A stretch of 64,000 nucleotides of DNA from Phycisphaerae bacterium. Lineage in GTDB: Bacteria > Planctomycetota > Phycisphaerae > SM23-33. The DNA is taken from assembly GCA_046541875.1 (NCBI GenBank), contig JBKHCL010000003.1, positions 598 through 64,597 of the forward strand. The letters run 5' to 3'. Positions 39,156 to 48,947 of the stretch are shown here, piece by piece. The translations under genes were made by a program, and so were the position numbers. The notes beneath the pieces were generated by a model. The model had not been told where the DNA came from. It saw only the letters and a list, made by a program, of their open reading frames with translations, and made no database searches. How positions within the stretch are numbered: the stretch's first letter is position 1; each line of letters opens with the position of its first letter.

Positions 39156-40274
39156 TCAGCGATAGTCACTCAGGCGGATCGTCTCACCCGGGCGGGTGAG
39201 GGCGTCTTCTGCCGCAAATGCCAGCCGCATGGTTTCCAGGGCGCCGCTCGATGCGTCGACGGCCTCCCCGCCGGCGGAGACCTGTCGGATGAATCGCAGA
39301 AGCAGCCCGAGCATGTCGTGGTGGGACTTGTCGGGCACGTTGGGGCTGAAGGTTTCGGTCCGCTCGAAGACGGTGTCCTTGTTCTCGATGTCGAAACGGA
39401 ACAGGTGCAGGTCCTCCCCGTAGATTTCCATCTTACAGCTGGCCGCGTCGCCGACGAGCGAGACGTTGAACTCGTGGCCGGGCACGGTGCGCCAGTCCGG
39501 ATGGAACGGGACGGCCTCGCGGTAGTAGGTCGGCGCGCGGTCGTGGAACACCTGGAAGTTCGCCACGGCCCCGTTGGCGGCGGTGAGCATGAGCGTCACG
39601 TTGGCGGGGACGTCGTCGGGGTAGAACGGCAGGGGGTTTTTCGGCGGGACAAACGCGGTGACTTTTTCGATGGGGCCGAGATAGCTGCGGATCATATCCA
39701 ACTGGTGGATGCCGCAATGGAAAATGATTCCCCCGCCGCGGCTGCGATCGAGCTTCCAGATCTCGTCGCGCGAGGCGTGTGGGTCGATCGACCACCAGTG
39801 GCCGCGGGAGTCCAGCACGCTGGCCCACTGCAGGTTGCCGAAGTAGCCCTCGTCCACGAGCTGCTTGAGTCGCGACGTCATCGTTCCGTGCATGTACTCG
39901 AAGCCCACCTGGATGTGTCCGGGCGAGTTCTTCTCGGCTTCGACCATGGCGACGCAGTCTTCCAGCGTGGCGGCCATCGGTTTTTCGAGATACACGTGGC
40001 AGCCGGCCTGGAGGGCCTTGATCGTCGGGTCGCGGTGATGCTCGTTGGCGTTGACCACGCAGACGACGGCCGGCTTGTCATCGGCGTCGAGCAGTTCCTC
40101 GATGGTGCTCACGCCCGGGACGCCGTACTTCCGGTGGAGTTCTTCCTGGCGGGCAGGGGTCCGGGTGACAATGCCCGTGACGTACATGTCCGGCTGTCGC
40201 TGAAGCGACCGGATGAAGCCCTCGCCCACACGGCCGCCGCCTACGATTCCAACGGGTATCTGATTGTCCGGCAT
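39156..40274 (-). CDS. Gfo/Idh/MocA family NAD(P)-dependent oxidoreductase
   Basis: N-terminal Rossmann fold VGIVGGGRVG...EKP. The AGGAGGA RBS sits in the antiporter... no: the upstream RBS check was not recorded; call rests on the Rossmann motif and family fold. Confidence 0.85.
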   Translation of the reverse strand: MPDNQIPVGIVGGGRVGEGFIRSLQRQPDMYVTGIVTRTPARQEELHRKYGVPGVSTIEELLDADDKPAVVCVVNANEHHRDPTIKALQAGCHVYLEKPMAATLEDCVAMVEAEKNSPGHIQVGFEYMHGTMTSRLKQLVDEGYFGNLQWASVLDSRGHWWSIDPHASRDEIWKLDRSRGGGIIFHCGIHQLDMIRSYLGPIEKVTAFVPPKNPLPFYPDDVPANVTLMLTAANGAVANFQVFHDRAPTYYREAVPFHPDWRTVPGHEFNVSLVGDAASCKMEIYGEDLHLFRFDIENKDTVFERTETFSPNVPDKSHHDMLGLLLRFIRQVSAGGEAVDASSGALETMRLAFAAEDALTRPGETIRLSDYR

Positions 40275-40746
40275 GGATGGTGTCCTCTCGATGATCGGTT
40301 CGATGGAGCCCCATGCTAGATGCCTGCCTTGTGACGGTCAAGCAGGCGTCGGGAGATGCACGGTCGAACGGGCCGGTCCCGGGCGAAATCTGCGTGAAAA
40401 CCATCCCCGCAATTTGCCTCCTGCCCAAGCGTATTCTACGTTTTCTTCGTGCCCCGGCTGCCCTCGGCGATGCTCGCCGGCCGGGGTGGTTCGCTCGCTC
40501 GCGAACCCCGAAGGATGTTGCCTGGCGGCAGGTCCGCGCGCCGGTGTCTGCACCGGCCCTGCGCGCTTCCCGCCGGAGAGATGCAACAAGCTCTTTGCTG
40601 CACTGTGTGTTCTGTGTGACGTTGCCACGTGGCCATGCCGGCTTTGGACGTCGGATCCGTGGGGTTCGGCGTCCGGGCCGGTTGGTCGACACGATCACCG
40701 TCCGCGCGTGGGCGCGGGCACACACGCTCGAAAGGAAGGGAAGCAA

Positions 40747-40956
40747 ATGTCGATGTCCGTTCAATCCGTTGGTGCGACGATGGGACAGATGACCCTGAAG
40801 AACCCCGTTGGAAGTCTCGGCCATGCCGCATCGGCCATGAAGGACTGGAACAAAAAGGAAGCCGCCCAGGTGCATTCGCCGGTGGTGTTGGCCGAGCATA
40901 TCGCCAACGCCGGTGTCATGAACGGCGTGGGCCAAGGCGTGAACTGCCTGGCCTGA
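40747..40956 (+). CDS. Small protein (69 aa) with a Gly-rich C-terminus; candidate precursor or exported peptide (speculative)
   Basis: Strong RBS GAAAGGAAGGGAAG 6 nt before the ATG. Sits inside a 470-bp intergenic region and is followed by a hairpin plus T-run. Sequence: MSMSVQSVGATMGQMTLKNPVGSLGHAASAMKDWNKKEAAQVHSPVVLAEHIANAGVMNGVGQGVNCLA. The longer track ORFs here (40264-40956, 40313-40792) are R-rich upstream extensions without an RBS. Confidence 0.5.
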   Translation: MSMSVQSVGATMGQMTLKNPVGSLGHAASAMKDWNKKEAAQVHSPVVLAEHIANAGVMNGVGQGVNCLA

Positions 40957-41017
40957 TCGGGGGATTGCAGCAGACCGATCATCCCCGGTTGCGGGGGTGC
41001 GATGATTGACTCGGGGG

Positions 41018-41061
41018 GACGGCGGCGGGTCCGGTAAACGGGCCCGTCGCTTCCTCTTTTT
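41018..41061 (+). terminator. Putative intrinsic terminator after the small ORF
   Basis: GC-rich imperfect stem GACGGCGGCGGGTCCGGTAAACGGGCCCGTC followed by CTTCCTCTTTTTCGGGG. Coordinates approximate. Confidence 0.35.
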
Positions 41062-41168
41062 CGGGGCGAATGTACGCCAAATGCACCAGCGGGCATTGCA
41101 ATCTCCCGGCAGTGAGGTAGGATCCAAACCCATCGACGTTGTTTTTCCCCTCGACCGCTGGAGGTCCC

Positions 41169-42944
41169 GTGAAGCTGGCGAAGCAGGCCGATATCCTTTC
41201 TCATCGGTACGACCGGGAGCGCCCGGTCCGTTCGCTGTGGTTCCTCTACGCCGAGGAGCGGGGACGGATCGGTCTGTCGCTGGTGTTCTATGTCCTCAAG
41301 CATTCCCCGGTCTGGCTTTGGCCGGTAGGGATGGAATGGATCACCTCGGCGGTTCTGCTGGGTTGGCCGGAGGGGCTTTGGCCGATGCTGTACAGCGGGG
41401 CGTTGGTGGCGTTGATCTTCGCTCAGAACATCCCGTCGCACATGGCGTTCATGAAGCTCTTCTCCCGGGCGAAGCGGAATATGGAAGCCCGTCTGCGCGG
41501 GGCGATCATCCGTCGCCTTCAGGAACTGTCCATCGCCTACCACGATCGCACGCGCTCGGGGAAGCTGCAGGCGAAAGTCCTGCGCGACGTCGAAGCGGTC
41601 GAACGACTCTCCCACATGCTGATCAACAGCATGCTCCCGGGCATCCTGGGCATGCTGGTCGCCATCATCTACACCGTGCTTCGCGAACCGGCGGTGGCGG
41701 GTTTCTACGCGGTGGCCATTCCCGTGGGGCTCGTCATCCGCGGCGTGTTCCGAAGCCGAATCCGCAAACGCAACCGCGAATTTCGTGGTCGAGTGGAAGA
41801 AATGTCAGGCCGGGTGAGCGAGATGATCGAGATGATCCCCATCGCCCGGGCCCACGCGGTGGAGGATGAAGAGATCCGCCGCGTCGACGCCGAACTGGAT
41901 CACGTTCGCGAGCGGGGATACCGCCTGGACCTGATCAACGCGCTGTTCGCCTGCGCCAACTGGGTGACGTTCAACGTGATCCGCCTGTCCTGCCTGATGG
42001 TCACAAGCTACCTGGCGATGCGATATCCCCAGCGGCTGGGCCTGCCGCAGGTGGTGTTGTACCAGGGGTTCTTCGAGGTGATTCTCCGGTCGGTCATGCA
42101 GGTGCTCAACGCCTACCCGATGATCGCCCGCGGGTTCGAGTCGATCTACTCGATCGGCGACGTGCTCCAGTGTCCGGACATCGAGAACAATGAGGGAAAG
42201 CGTCGGCTGGACGAGGTCGATGGGGAGTTCACCTTCGAGAACGTCACGCTGGTGTACCCGGAAACCCAAACCCCGGCGGTGAAAGATTTCAATCTGCACG
42301 TCGAGCAGGGCGAGTCGGTGGCGTTCGTGGGCGAGAGCGGGGCGGGCAAGACCTCCGTGATGAGCCTGTTGATCGGGTTCCATCGCCCCACCAAGGGACG
42401 TATTCTGCTGGACGGCAACGACATGGCCGAGCTGGATCTGCGAACCTATCGCAACCACCTTGCCGTCGTACCGCAGACGCCGCTGCTGTTCTCCGGATCG
42501 CTGCGGGACAACATCGCCTACGGGCTGGGCGAGGTGGAAGAGGATCGCGTCTGGAACGCCCTGCGCGACGCCAATGCCCTGGAGTTCGTCGAAAAGATGC
42601 CCGACGGGCTGGACACCACCGTCGGCGAACGCGGCTCGACACTCTCGGGAGGCCAGCGCCAGCGAATCGCCATCGCCCGGGCCATCATTCGCGATCCGCG
42701 GGTGATTATCCTGGACGAGGCGACCTCCGCTTTGGACCTGCGCAGCGAGGCCCTGGTGCAGGAGGCGATCGAGCAGCTCATCTCGGGACGGACGACGTTC
42801 GTGGTGGCGCATCGGCTTTCGACGATCCGCCATTGCGGCCGGATCGTGGTGATGCGCGACGGCCGGGCCGTCGAAATCGGCACCCACGAGGACCTCCTCG
42901 CCCAGGGAGGGGAGTATGCCCGCTTCCGGGCGCTGCAGACGTGA
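41169..42944 (+). CDS. ABC transporter, fused permease-ATPase type I exporter (MsbA/bacteriocin-exporter-like, no C39 peptidase domain)
   Basis: GTG at 41169 lies 5 nt after GGAGG; the track ORF begins at TTG 41139. Six TM helices, then Walker A GESGAGKTS, signature LSGGQRQRIAIARAI, Walker B ILDEATSALD and H-loop VAHRL. Confidence 0.85.
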   Translation: MKLAKQADILSHRYDRERPVRSLWFLYAEERGRIGLSLVFYVLKHSPVWLWPVGMEWITSAVLLGWPEGLWPMLYSGALVALIFAQNIPSHMAFMKLFSRAKRNMEARLRGAIIRRLQELSIAYHDRTRSGKLQAKVLRDVEAVERLSHMLINSMLPGILGMLVAIIYTVLREPAVAGFYAVAIPVGLVIRGVFRSRIRKRNREFRGRVEEMSGRVSEMIEMIPIARAHAVEDEEIRRVDAELDHVRERGYRLDLINALFACANWVTFNVIRLSCLMVTSYLAMRYPQRLGLPQVVLYQGFFEVILRSVMQVLNAYPMIARGFESIYSIGDVLQCPDIENNEGKRRLDEVDGEFTFENVTLVYPETQTPAVKDFNLHVEQGESVAFVGESGAGKTSVMSLLIGFHRPTKGRILLDGNDMAELDLRTYRNHLAVVPQTPLLFSGSLRDNIAYGLGEVEEDRVWNALRDANALEFVEKMPDGLDTTVGERGSTLSGGQRQRIAIARAIIRDPRVIILDEATSALDLRSEALVQEAIEQLISGRTTFVVAHRLSTIRHCGRIVVMRDGRAVEIGTHEDLLAQGGEYARFRALQT

Positions 42945-42996
42945 GTCACAAGGAACCGTCAACGGGCAAGCGGTTGCCGGCGCTTCGGACAATGCC

Positions 42997-43971
42997 CTAC
43001 TGTAGTTCGATGGTTCTTCCGTCGAGGACGGACTGGATTTCCGCCCTCGCCACGCGCAGGGCGTCGAGAGCCTCCTCGCCGGTTGCGCAGCTGGGCGATT
43101 GACCGTTCCGCACGCACTCCAGGAAGTGACTCAGCGCTTCGCGGTATCGACAGCGTACCGGCAGGTGAGGCCGTTCGACTCGGCCGTCATCGTGGCGAAT
43201 GGTCAGCGGGGCCGGTTCGGTAGAGTGGTACTCCGCCGTGGCGCGGCCGAACTCCAGGACCGCACCCACGTGCAGCGGGTCGGCGTCGTGTACCCAGCCG
43301 CCCTCGGCGGTCACCTCCGGGCCCTGCGGGCCGAAATCGTACCGCGTCTGGATGTAGCTCACGCCGCCATCATCCTCTCGCACGCCCGAGGAAGTGACGG
43401 CCCGGGGTATGCCCAGCCACCAGAGCACCACGTCGACGTCGTGAATGTGCAGGTCCAGCGCCGCCAGCCCGCTGCGGTCGCACCGCGAAACCCAGTCGCC
43501 CGCGGAGTCCGTCGGCCAAACCGCCAATCGCTGCAGCGAGAGGTACTTCAGCGGACCGAGAGTCTGATTCCGCACGAGGTTGCCCAGCAGTTGATACTCC
43601 GGGCGGAATCGCAGGAAATGCCCGACCATCAGCACCCGGCCGGTTCGTTGGGAGGTCTCGATCATCGCCTCGGCGTCGGCGGGGTCCACGGCCAGGGGCT
43701 TCTCGCAGAAGACGTGCGCCCCGGCCTCCATGGCGGCGACGGCCGAGGTGCGGTGCAGGTCGGTCGGCAGGCAGATGTCCACGATGTCGGGTCGATGTGC
43801 GAACAGGTCCTCCGGTCTCGCGCAACCCTTCACCTCGGCGGGGAGGTTGGTCAGTCGTTGCGGGATGCAATCGCAGACGGCCACGACGCGCGCAGCGTCC
43901 AGCGACTGCCAGGCCGACAGGTGAGCCCTGCCGACCGCTCCGTTCCCCGCGATGCCCACCGTGTATGTCAC
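42997..43971 (-). CDS. Gfo/Idh/MocA family oxidoreductase
   Basis: MTYTVGIAGNGAVGRAHL...EKP Rossmann N-terminus with the dimerisation C-terminal domain. Confidence 0.85.
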   Translation of the reverse strand: MTYTVGIAGNGAVGRAHLSAWQSLDAARVVAVCDCIPQRLTNLPAEVKGCARPEDLFAHRPDIVDICLPTDLHRTSAVAAMEAGAHVFCEKPLAVDPADAEAMIETSQRTGRVLMVGHFLRFRPEYQLLGNLVRNQTLGPLKYLSLQRLAVWPTDSAGDWVSRCDRSGLAALDLHIHDVDVVLWWLGIPRAVTSSGVREDDGGVSYIQTRYDFGPQGPEVTAEGGWVHDADPLHVGAVLEFGRATAEYHSTEPAPLTIRHDDGRVERPHLPVRCRYREALSHFLECVRNGQSPSCATGEEALDALRVARAEIQSVLDGRTIELQ

Positions 43972-43992
43972 CCGCGTCCTCCGTTGCTGAGG

Positions 43993-44637
43993 TCAGGTCT
44001 TTATCACCCGGCCATGCACGTCCATGTGGCGGTCCGTAACGAGTTCCACGATCAGTCCTTCCAGCCCTGCGCCCGATAGCTGCGATCGGACCTCATCGGG
44101 AGTATAGGCGCTCAAAAGCGAGCGGTGGAATTCTTCCCGCAACAAGGCCGACTCGCCGCCGGCATGCTCGGCCACCAGGTCGGCGGCCTTGGTCGACGTC
44201 GCGGGTCTGGCCAGGTCCCGCAGGAACACCAGAGCACCCTCGGCGGCGACGCGTTTCAACTCGCCCCAGAATGCTCCGGTCTCGGTGATGTGGTGCAGGA
44301 TGCTGTTGGAGAAGATCACGTTGAAGGACCCGTTCGGAAAGGGCAGGTCTTTCGCGTCGGCCCGGACAAATCGCACCGCGGCTGCGGGGGCTCGCCGGGC
44401 CAGGTCGGCCTGGGCGATCGCCAGCATCGCCGGTGCGGCGTCCACCGCGGTAACCACCCAGCCGTTGGTTCTGAGGGAGAGTCGGATGGGAATGTCCCCC
44501 GGGCCGGTGCCCAGATCCAGCGCCCGCAGTGGCGGGCGGCTGTCCTCGGCGAGCTTGATCAGCCGATCGACGAAGGCTTCGTTGACCTCGGCGAAATCCG
44601 CCTCGGCGTAGGCGGCTGCCTCGGCGTCGTCGTCCAT
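43993..44637 (-). CDS. Class I SAM-dependent methyltransferase
   Basis: Motif I LDLGTGPGD and post-I/II motifs. Start chosen at the internal ATG (MDDDAEAA...) to avoid a 77-bp overlap with the xylanase gene; the track ORF extends to 44769. Confidence 0.7.
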   Translation of the reverse strand: MDDDAEAAAYAEADFAEVNEAFVDRLIKLAEDSRPPLRALDLGTGPGDIPIRLSLRTNGWVVTAVDAAPAMLAIAQADLARRAPAAAVRFVRADAKDLPFPNGSFNVIFSNSILHHITETGAFWGELKRVAAEGALVFLRDLARPATSTKAADLVAEHAGGESALLREEFHRSLLSAYTPDEVRSQLSGAGLEGLIVELVTDRHMDVHGRVIKT

Positions 44638-44692
44638 CAACTCGGGCTCGGGTTGTCGGCGCTGCAGGTCCACGACGGTCTCCGGGGAGGGG

Positions 44693-46003
44693 CTATTTCG
44701 CGGCGAACCGCACGGTGGCGGTGCGGTGCTTGGGCCCGAGGCGGACCGTCGCAGCCAGTCGCGTGCCATCGGCAGCGGTGGTGGTCAGCTTGTAGGTCCC
44801 ATGAAAGCCGCGGAATTCAACGTCGCCTTTCTCGCCGCTCTTTCGGCCGGCGTTGGTGCGCCATTCCTTCAGCAGCAGGTTGCTGATTCGCTTACCGGCC
44901 GGCAGGAGGGTCCAGTCTTTGTCCACCAAGGCGGCGTCGGCACCCAGCCAGTGGCGCTTCGCCCAGAATCCCCACAGCAGGATCGCCTCGACGTCCTTGT
45001 GGGCGTATCCCACGCGGAACAGCGCTTCCAGGGTGTCGGCCCGGCGCTGGGGGTCTTTCGTGCGCGAAGAGATTTCCGTCAGATGGATTGGCAGGCCCAG
45101 TTTGCCGAACTTGTCCAGCCGACGCCAGACCTCCGAGGGAATCAGCGCCCCGCTGCCTTTACGCTCGGGTCGGTCGTCCTGGTCGGTCTCGGTGCTGGTT
45201 ACGAACCGCTCGCTGGCGTGCTCCTGAATGCCGATCCCCGTGACCGGCACGCCCCCTCGTTGCAGCCGACGCACGAGTTGAATGTAGCGGTTCATCTTCT
45301 TGTCGTTGCACAGCACGCCGTACTCGTTGGTGTACAGCCCGGCGTTGGGGTCCAGCTTGTGGGCGATCTTGAACATGTCCTCGCGGATGGATGCCCCGAG
45401 GCGGTCCTTGTAGAACGATCCGTCGAGCATTTCGTTGTTCACGTCCCAGCAGACCACCTTGCCGCGGTACTTCGGCACGATGGTGTGGAGACGTTCGATG
45501 ACCTCCTCGCGCAGCTCGTCCTTGGGGAGCTTCTGCACCCAGTCCTGCACGAACTTCCGCTTCGACCAGAACAGGCAATGCCCGCGGATCTTCATCTCGT
45601 TGGCCAGGGCCCAGTTGGTCAGTGCGTCGGCCCGCTCGTAGGTGAGTTGGTCGCGTTTCTTCTCGGTGGCGTACCACTTCATGTGGTTCTCCAGCACGAC
45701 CGAGTTGAAGTGCTTGCGGATGAACGAGAAATACTTCTTCTCGTTCGGCTCGTTGGAGTCCGGATCGCCCGTGATGCACATGCCGAACAGAAAGCGGCTG
45801 GCGGTCTGGCGGATGCGGATGGTGTGCCCGGAGAGGGGTTTGCCGTCGGGCCCCACGCATCTCAGCGTGAAATCGCCCTTACGCACTTTCTCGATTCGTC
45901 GATTCGCTTCGGTTTTCCAGTCTTCGGCGGTTGCCATCGAGGCGCCTCCCAGAACAGACAGCACGAGTATCGCAGGCACGATGTTCGATTTCATAAGGAT
46001 CAT
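44693..46003 (-). CDS. Endo-1,4-beta-xylanase, GH10, secreted
   Basis: Signal peptide MILMKSNIVPAILVLSVLGGASMATA. GH10 acid/base motif WDVNNE and nucleophile motif HLTEIS. Start overlaps the upstream stop (ATGA). Confidence 0.85.
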   Translation of the reverse strand: MILMKSNIVPAILVLSVLGGASMATAEDWKTEANRRIEKVRKGDFTLRCVGPDGKPLSGHTIRIRQTASRFLFGMCITGDPDSNEPNEKKYFSFIRKHFNSVVLENHMKWYATEKKRDQLTYERADALTNWALANEMKIRGHCLFWSKRKFVQDWVQKLPKDELREEVIERLHTIVPKYRGKVVCWDVNNEMLDGSFYKDRLGASIREDMFKIAHKLDPNAGLYTNEYGVLCNDKKMNRYIQLVRRLQRGGVPVTGIGIQEHASERFVTSTETDQDDRPERKGSGALIPSEVWRRLDKFGKLGLPIHLTEISSRTKDPQRRADTLEALFRVGYAHKDVEAILLWGFWAKRHWLGADAALVDKDWTLLPAGKRISNLLLKEWRTNAGRKSGEKGDVEFRGFHGTYKLTTTAADGTRLAATVRLGPKHRTATVRFAAK

Positions 46004-47760
46004 GGTGAGGGGTTCTCCGGAATGTCGAGAATGAGCACGTAGCCGTCCGATTGCCCGGCGTGCGGGCGGAACGGCTTGTCTGTTCGAGGTGGCTTGGCCG
46101 ACAGTGCCCGCCCGACGATGACCGCCCGTCGGCCTTGGGTGGCGATCGTTCGCGGAAGCAGGTCGGGCAGGCCGGCACTGAAGCGCGTTTTCATCGTCGG
46201 TCCGAGCACACGGATCCACGCGTTGTTCACCGGCGTCGAGCGGCGGTTGGTCGCCAGGCGGTCGGTGGCCGGGGCGGCTGCGCCCGCCCAGGTCTTCTGC
46301 GTCACGCCGAAGCCCACGCTGTAGCGTCCCGCAGCGATACTGCTTCCTCCGGGCAGGGGGGCGATGTCCACCGCCCAGGCGGGGGTCACGCGCTGCTTGC
46401 CCCGTCCGTGAATCGCCTGCCCGCCAAGAGGTTTGAGCGTCTTGCCGTCGATGCGGACGATCGGCCCCCAGAACAACGTCCGCCCGCTGAAGCCCCCCAC
46501 GCCGAGGTCGATCTTCCGGCCGTCGGGGGTGATCGGCCACTTGGTGTAGTCGGTGGGCGATTTCCGAAGGACACTGTTGCCGCCGTCGGAGATGGTGGCC
46601 GCCAGGATATTCCCGTTGGCGTCCACGTTCACGCTTCGCACGCACGAGTCGGCTACGTCGCCGTGCAGCCGGCCGTTCTTGCCGCTCATCGGGTCGGTGG
46701 TATAAACCGCCCCGGTCCGCTTGCCGTCACCATCGAAGCGGATCAGGAACGGCGTCCACCACGGCTCGCCGCTGGTTCGGCTGGGCGAGTAGCCCGCGAT
46801 GTAGATGTTGTCCTTCCTGTCGGTTCGCAGGCGGAGGATGCGTGTCTGACCGGCGGTGGGATGGGACCAGTCTTTCGGCGCCGGCTGAAGCCAGCGTCGT
46901 CGCCCGAAGAGGTGCTCGCGAAGGTTCTCGGGGGCGATGTTCGGCAGGTAGAGGTCTTTCTTCCAGCGCCGCTTGGTGAGGTCGCCGCTGAGGCGGGAAA
47001 GTCCGTCGGCGAGGGAGTAGAACTGCTCGAAGCGCCCGCTGACGTCGAAGCGGTTGAATCCGTAATCGTGGGAGACCACCACGTCTCCGCTGCTCAACAC
47101 CGCCAGTCCGACCGGCTGATGCCAGTCCTCCCCCAGGGGGCGCGGGACATGCCACACGCTCTGCCAACCCTCCAGCAGCGTTCCGCCCGTGACGGCAGAG
47201 AGGTCGCCGGTCAATCGCAGCACGAACGGCAGGCCTCGCTGATCGTTGGATTTGGAGAAATCCGGGTCCGAGTGGTGTTCCATCGGGTAGGCCACCTTCT
47301 TGCCCCGATGGCCCAGCCGACCGTCGAATGAGGTCATCACTCCGCCGCTGTCCTGGAGGACCTTGGCGAGTCCCTCTCCGCCGTAACCCGCAATGTATAC
47401 GCTGCCGTCGCCGACGGCCACGGTGGTCAGCTTGGCTGCGCCTTTGGAGAATGGGCGGATCGCCAGAATCTTTCGTCCGTCGGCGGAGATCTTCGCCACG
47501 AAACCATGGGAATAGCCCCAGTCTTCCTCGACGGTGCCCAGGGCGTCATGGAACTCGGTGAGGACGTGTTTCTTCGTGAGTTGGGCGGCGGTGTTCCCGA
47601 CGACGTAGATCGTTCCGTCGGAGGCGATCGTCACGCCCTCGATCACGTCATCGCCGGTCGACCCCAGGAAACCGGCCGCCACCACGTTCGGTTCGTGCGC
47701 CGACGCGAAGGCGACAGGCAGGGACAGGACCGCGACACAAAGCAGAAGACGTTGGCTCAT
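46000..47760 (-). CDS. Secreted beta-propeller protein with SBBP-like repeats
   Basis: Signal peptide MSQRLLLCVAVLSLPVAFASA. Repeats of the type DG.IYV.G.T and GDG.VYIAGY recur. Confidence 0.75.
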   Translation of the reverse strand: MSQRLLLCVAVLSLPVAFASAHEPNVVAAGFLGSTGDDVIEGVTIASDGTIYVVGNTAAQLTKKHVLTEFHDALGTVEEDWGYSHGFVAKISADGRKILAIRPFSKGAAKLTTVAVGDGSVYIAGYGGEGLAKVLQDSGGVMTSFDGRLGHRGKKVAYPMEHHSDPDFSKSNDQRGLPFVLRLTGDLSAVTGGTLLEGWQSVWHVPRPLGEDWHQPVGLAVLSSGDVVVSHDYGFNRFDVSGRFEQFYSLADGLSRLSGDLTKRRWKKDLYLPNIAPENLREHLFGRRRWLQPAPKDWSHPTAGQTRILRLRTDRKDNIYIAGYSPSRTSGEPWWTPFLIRFDGDGKRTGAVYTTDPMSGKNGRLHGDVADSCVRSVNVDANGNILAATISDGGNSVLRKSPTDYTKWPITPDGRKIDLGVGGFSGRTLFWGPIVRIDGKTLKPLGGQAIHGRGKQRVTPAWAVDIAPLPGGSSIAAGRYSVGFGVTQKTWAGAAAPATDRLATNRRSTPVNNAWIRVLGPTMKTRFSAGLPDLLPRTIATQGRRAVIVGRALSAKPPRTDKPFRPHAGQSDGYVLILDIPENPSP

Positions 47761-48046
47761 GGCAACCTCCGGACAGGATACCCGCTTTATACCACAAGCA
47801 GCCTTCCTTGAACACCCCGCCGACCGACGGGTGGCGGGTGGTCCGGGCGAAGCGCATAGAGAAGGCGAGACGCGCGGGCAAGCGCGACTCGCCTGTGGGC
47901 GCTGCCACGCACCAGCGTGGGTGCGGGCGCGCCCCCAAACTCGGGTCCGGCGGGATCGAAGTCGGTCCCGGGATCGACCGATCCGTTCGGACCCGGCCAG
48001 ATCGGCATCTCAGCCGACACTGGAATGGGTTGGTATTGTACCGTTC

Positions 48047-48466
48047 TCAGCCGGCCCGACAGATGGACCGCATCACCTCGCCGGTAAGTTCTTCGTCGCC
48101 GGCGTTGGCGGCGATATCACCGACGGAAATCAGTCCGATGGGCAGATTGTTGCTGTCCTTGACGATCAATCGCCGGACCTTCTTGCTTTCCATCGTTTTG
48201 GCGGCCTCTTCCAGGTCGCTGTCGAAGCGGCAGGTGATGGGCTCTTCGCTCATCACGTGTTCGACCTTCATCTCCGCCGGGTTTGCGCCGCTGGCGACAC
48301 CGCGTATGACGATGTCACGGTCGGTCACTACGCCGATGATCTCGCCATCGCGGACAACCGCCAAGGCGCCGTCATCGTTCTTGTCCATGGCCATCCCGGC
48401 CTCTTTCAGCGTCGCGCCGGCGTCGATACGATCAAGACTTCGTGTCATTGCTTCATTCACAAGCAT
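48047..48466 (-). CDS. CBS domain pair protein
   Basis: AGGAGGA RBS 5 nt before the ATG (MLVNEAMTRSLDRIDAG...). Two CBS motifs (IIGVVTDRDIV and PIGLISVGDI). The track ORF extends to 48505. Confidence 0.75.
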   Translation of the reverse strand: MLVNEAMTRSLDRIDAGATLKEAGMAMDKNDDGALAVVRDGEIIGVVTDRDIVIRGVASGANPAEMKVEHVMSEEPITCRFDSDLEEAAKTMESKKVRRLIVKDSNNLPIGLISVGDIAANAGDEELTGEVMRSICRAG

Positions 48467-48767
48467 GGTGGTCCTCCTGGAACCGTTGTGTTGTTCAAAA
48501 CTCATTGCATCCCAAAGGCCGGGCCGGCGGCGATACCCTCGGGTGCCCGCCGACCTGGCATGCCCGGCTGGGATCGATCCGGATTCTGAATGATCCCTTT
48601 CGAGCCATCAGTACACTATCGCTCCGGCAGGGAGTTCCCAATGGGAGCGAGGTGTATTCTGTTGTGCGACCTGCTCCCCCGGCCCATGGGAGATTCCTCC
48701 ATGGCGGGCAGGGGCGGCTGAAAGCATCTCTGTTCCGACGGCTGTGCATTGTCCGTATTGTGCGTGC

Positions 48768-48790
48768 CACCGGCGTGGCCCACGCCGGTG
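48768..48790. promoter_or_regulatory. Perfect inverted repeat (11-bp arms, 1-nt spacer) in the CBS/xylA divergent intergenic region; candidate operator or RNA stem-loop
   Basis: CACCGGCGTGG c CCACGCCGGTG, read directly from the sequence. Confidence 0.3.
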
Positions 48791-48919
48791 CTTTCTGATG
48801 CCATGAACAGCACCCCGTAGCACGGCCCTTCGGTCCGACCTCCACCAAAGAGAGAGCGGTTGTTTGATGGACCGCCCAGAATCATGTCGCGCACGGAACG
48901 GGGCCGATGTGCCGATATC

Positions 48920-48947
48920 TTGCATCCCCGATCGGGCGCGGTACAAT
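48920..48947 (+). promoter_or_regulatory. Putative sigma70-type promoter of xylA
   Basis: TTGCAT, a 16-nt spacer, then TACAAT, about 70 nt upstream of the xylA ATG. Confidence 0.35.

Noticed and set aside
40264-40956. 230-aa and 159-aa track ORFs spanning the 470-bp intergenic region
   Set aside because: R/P/A-rich upstream extensions without an RBS. Only the internal RBS-led 69-aa ORF (40747-40956) is credible.
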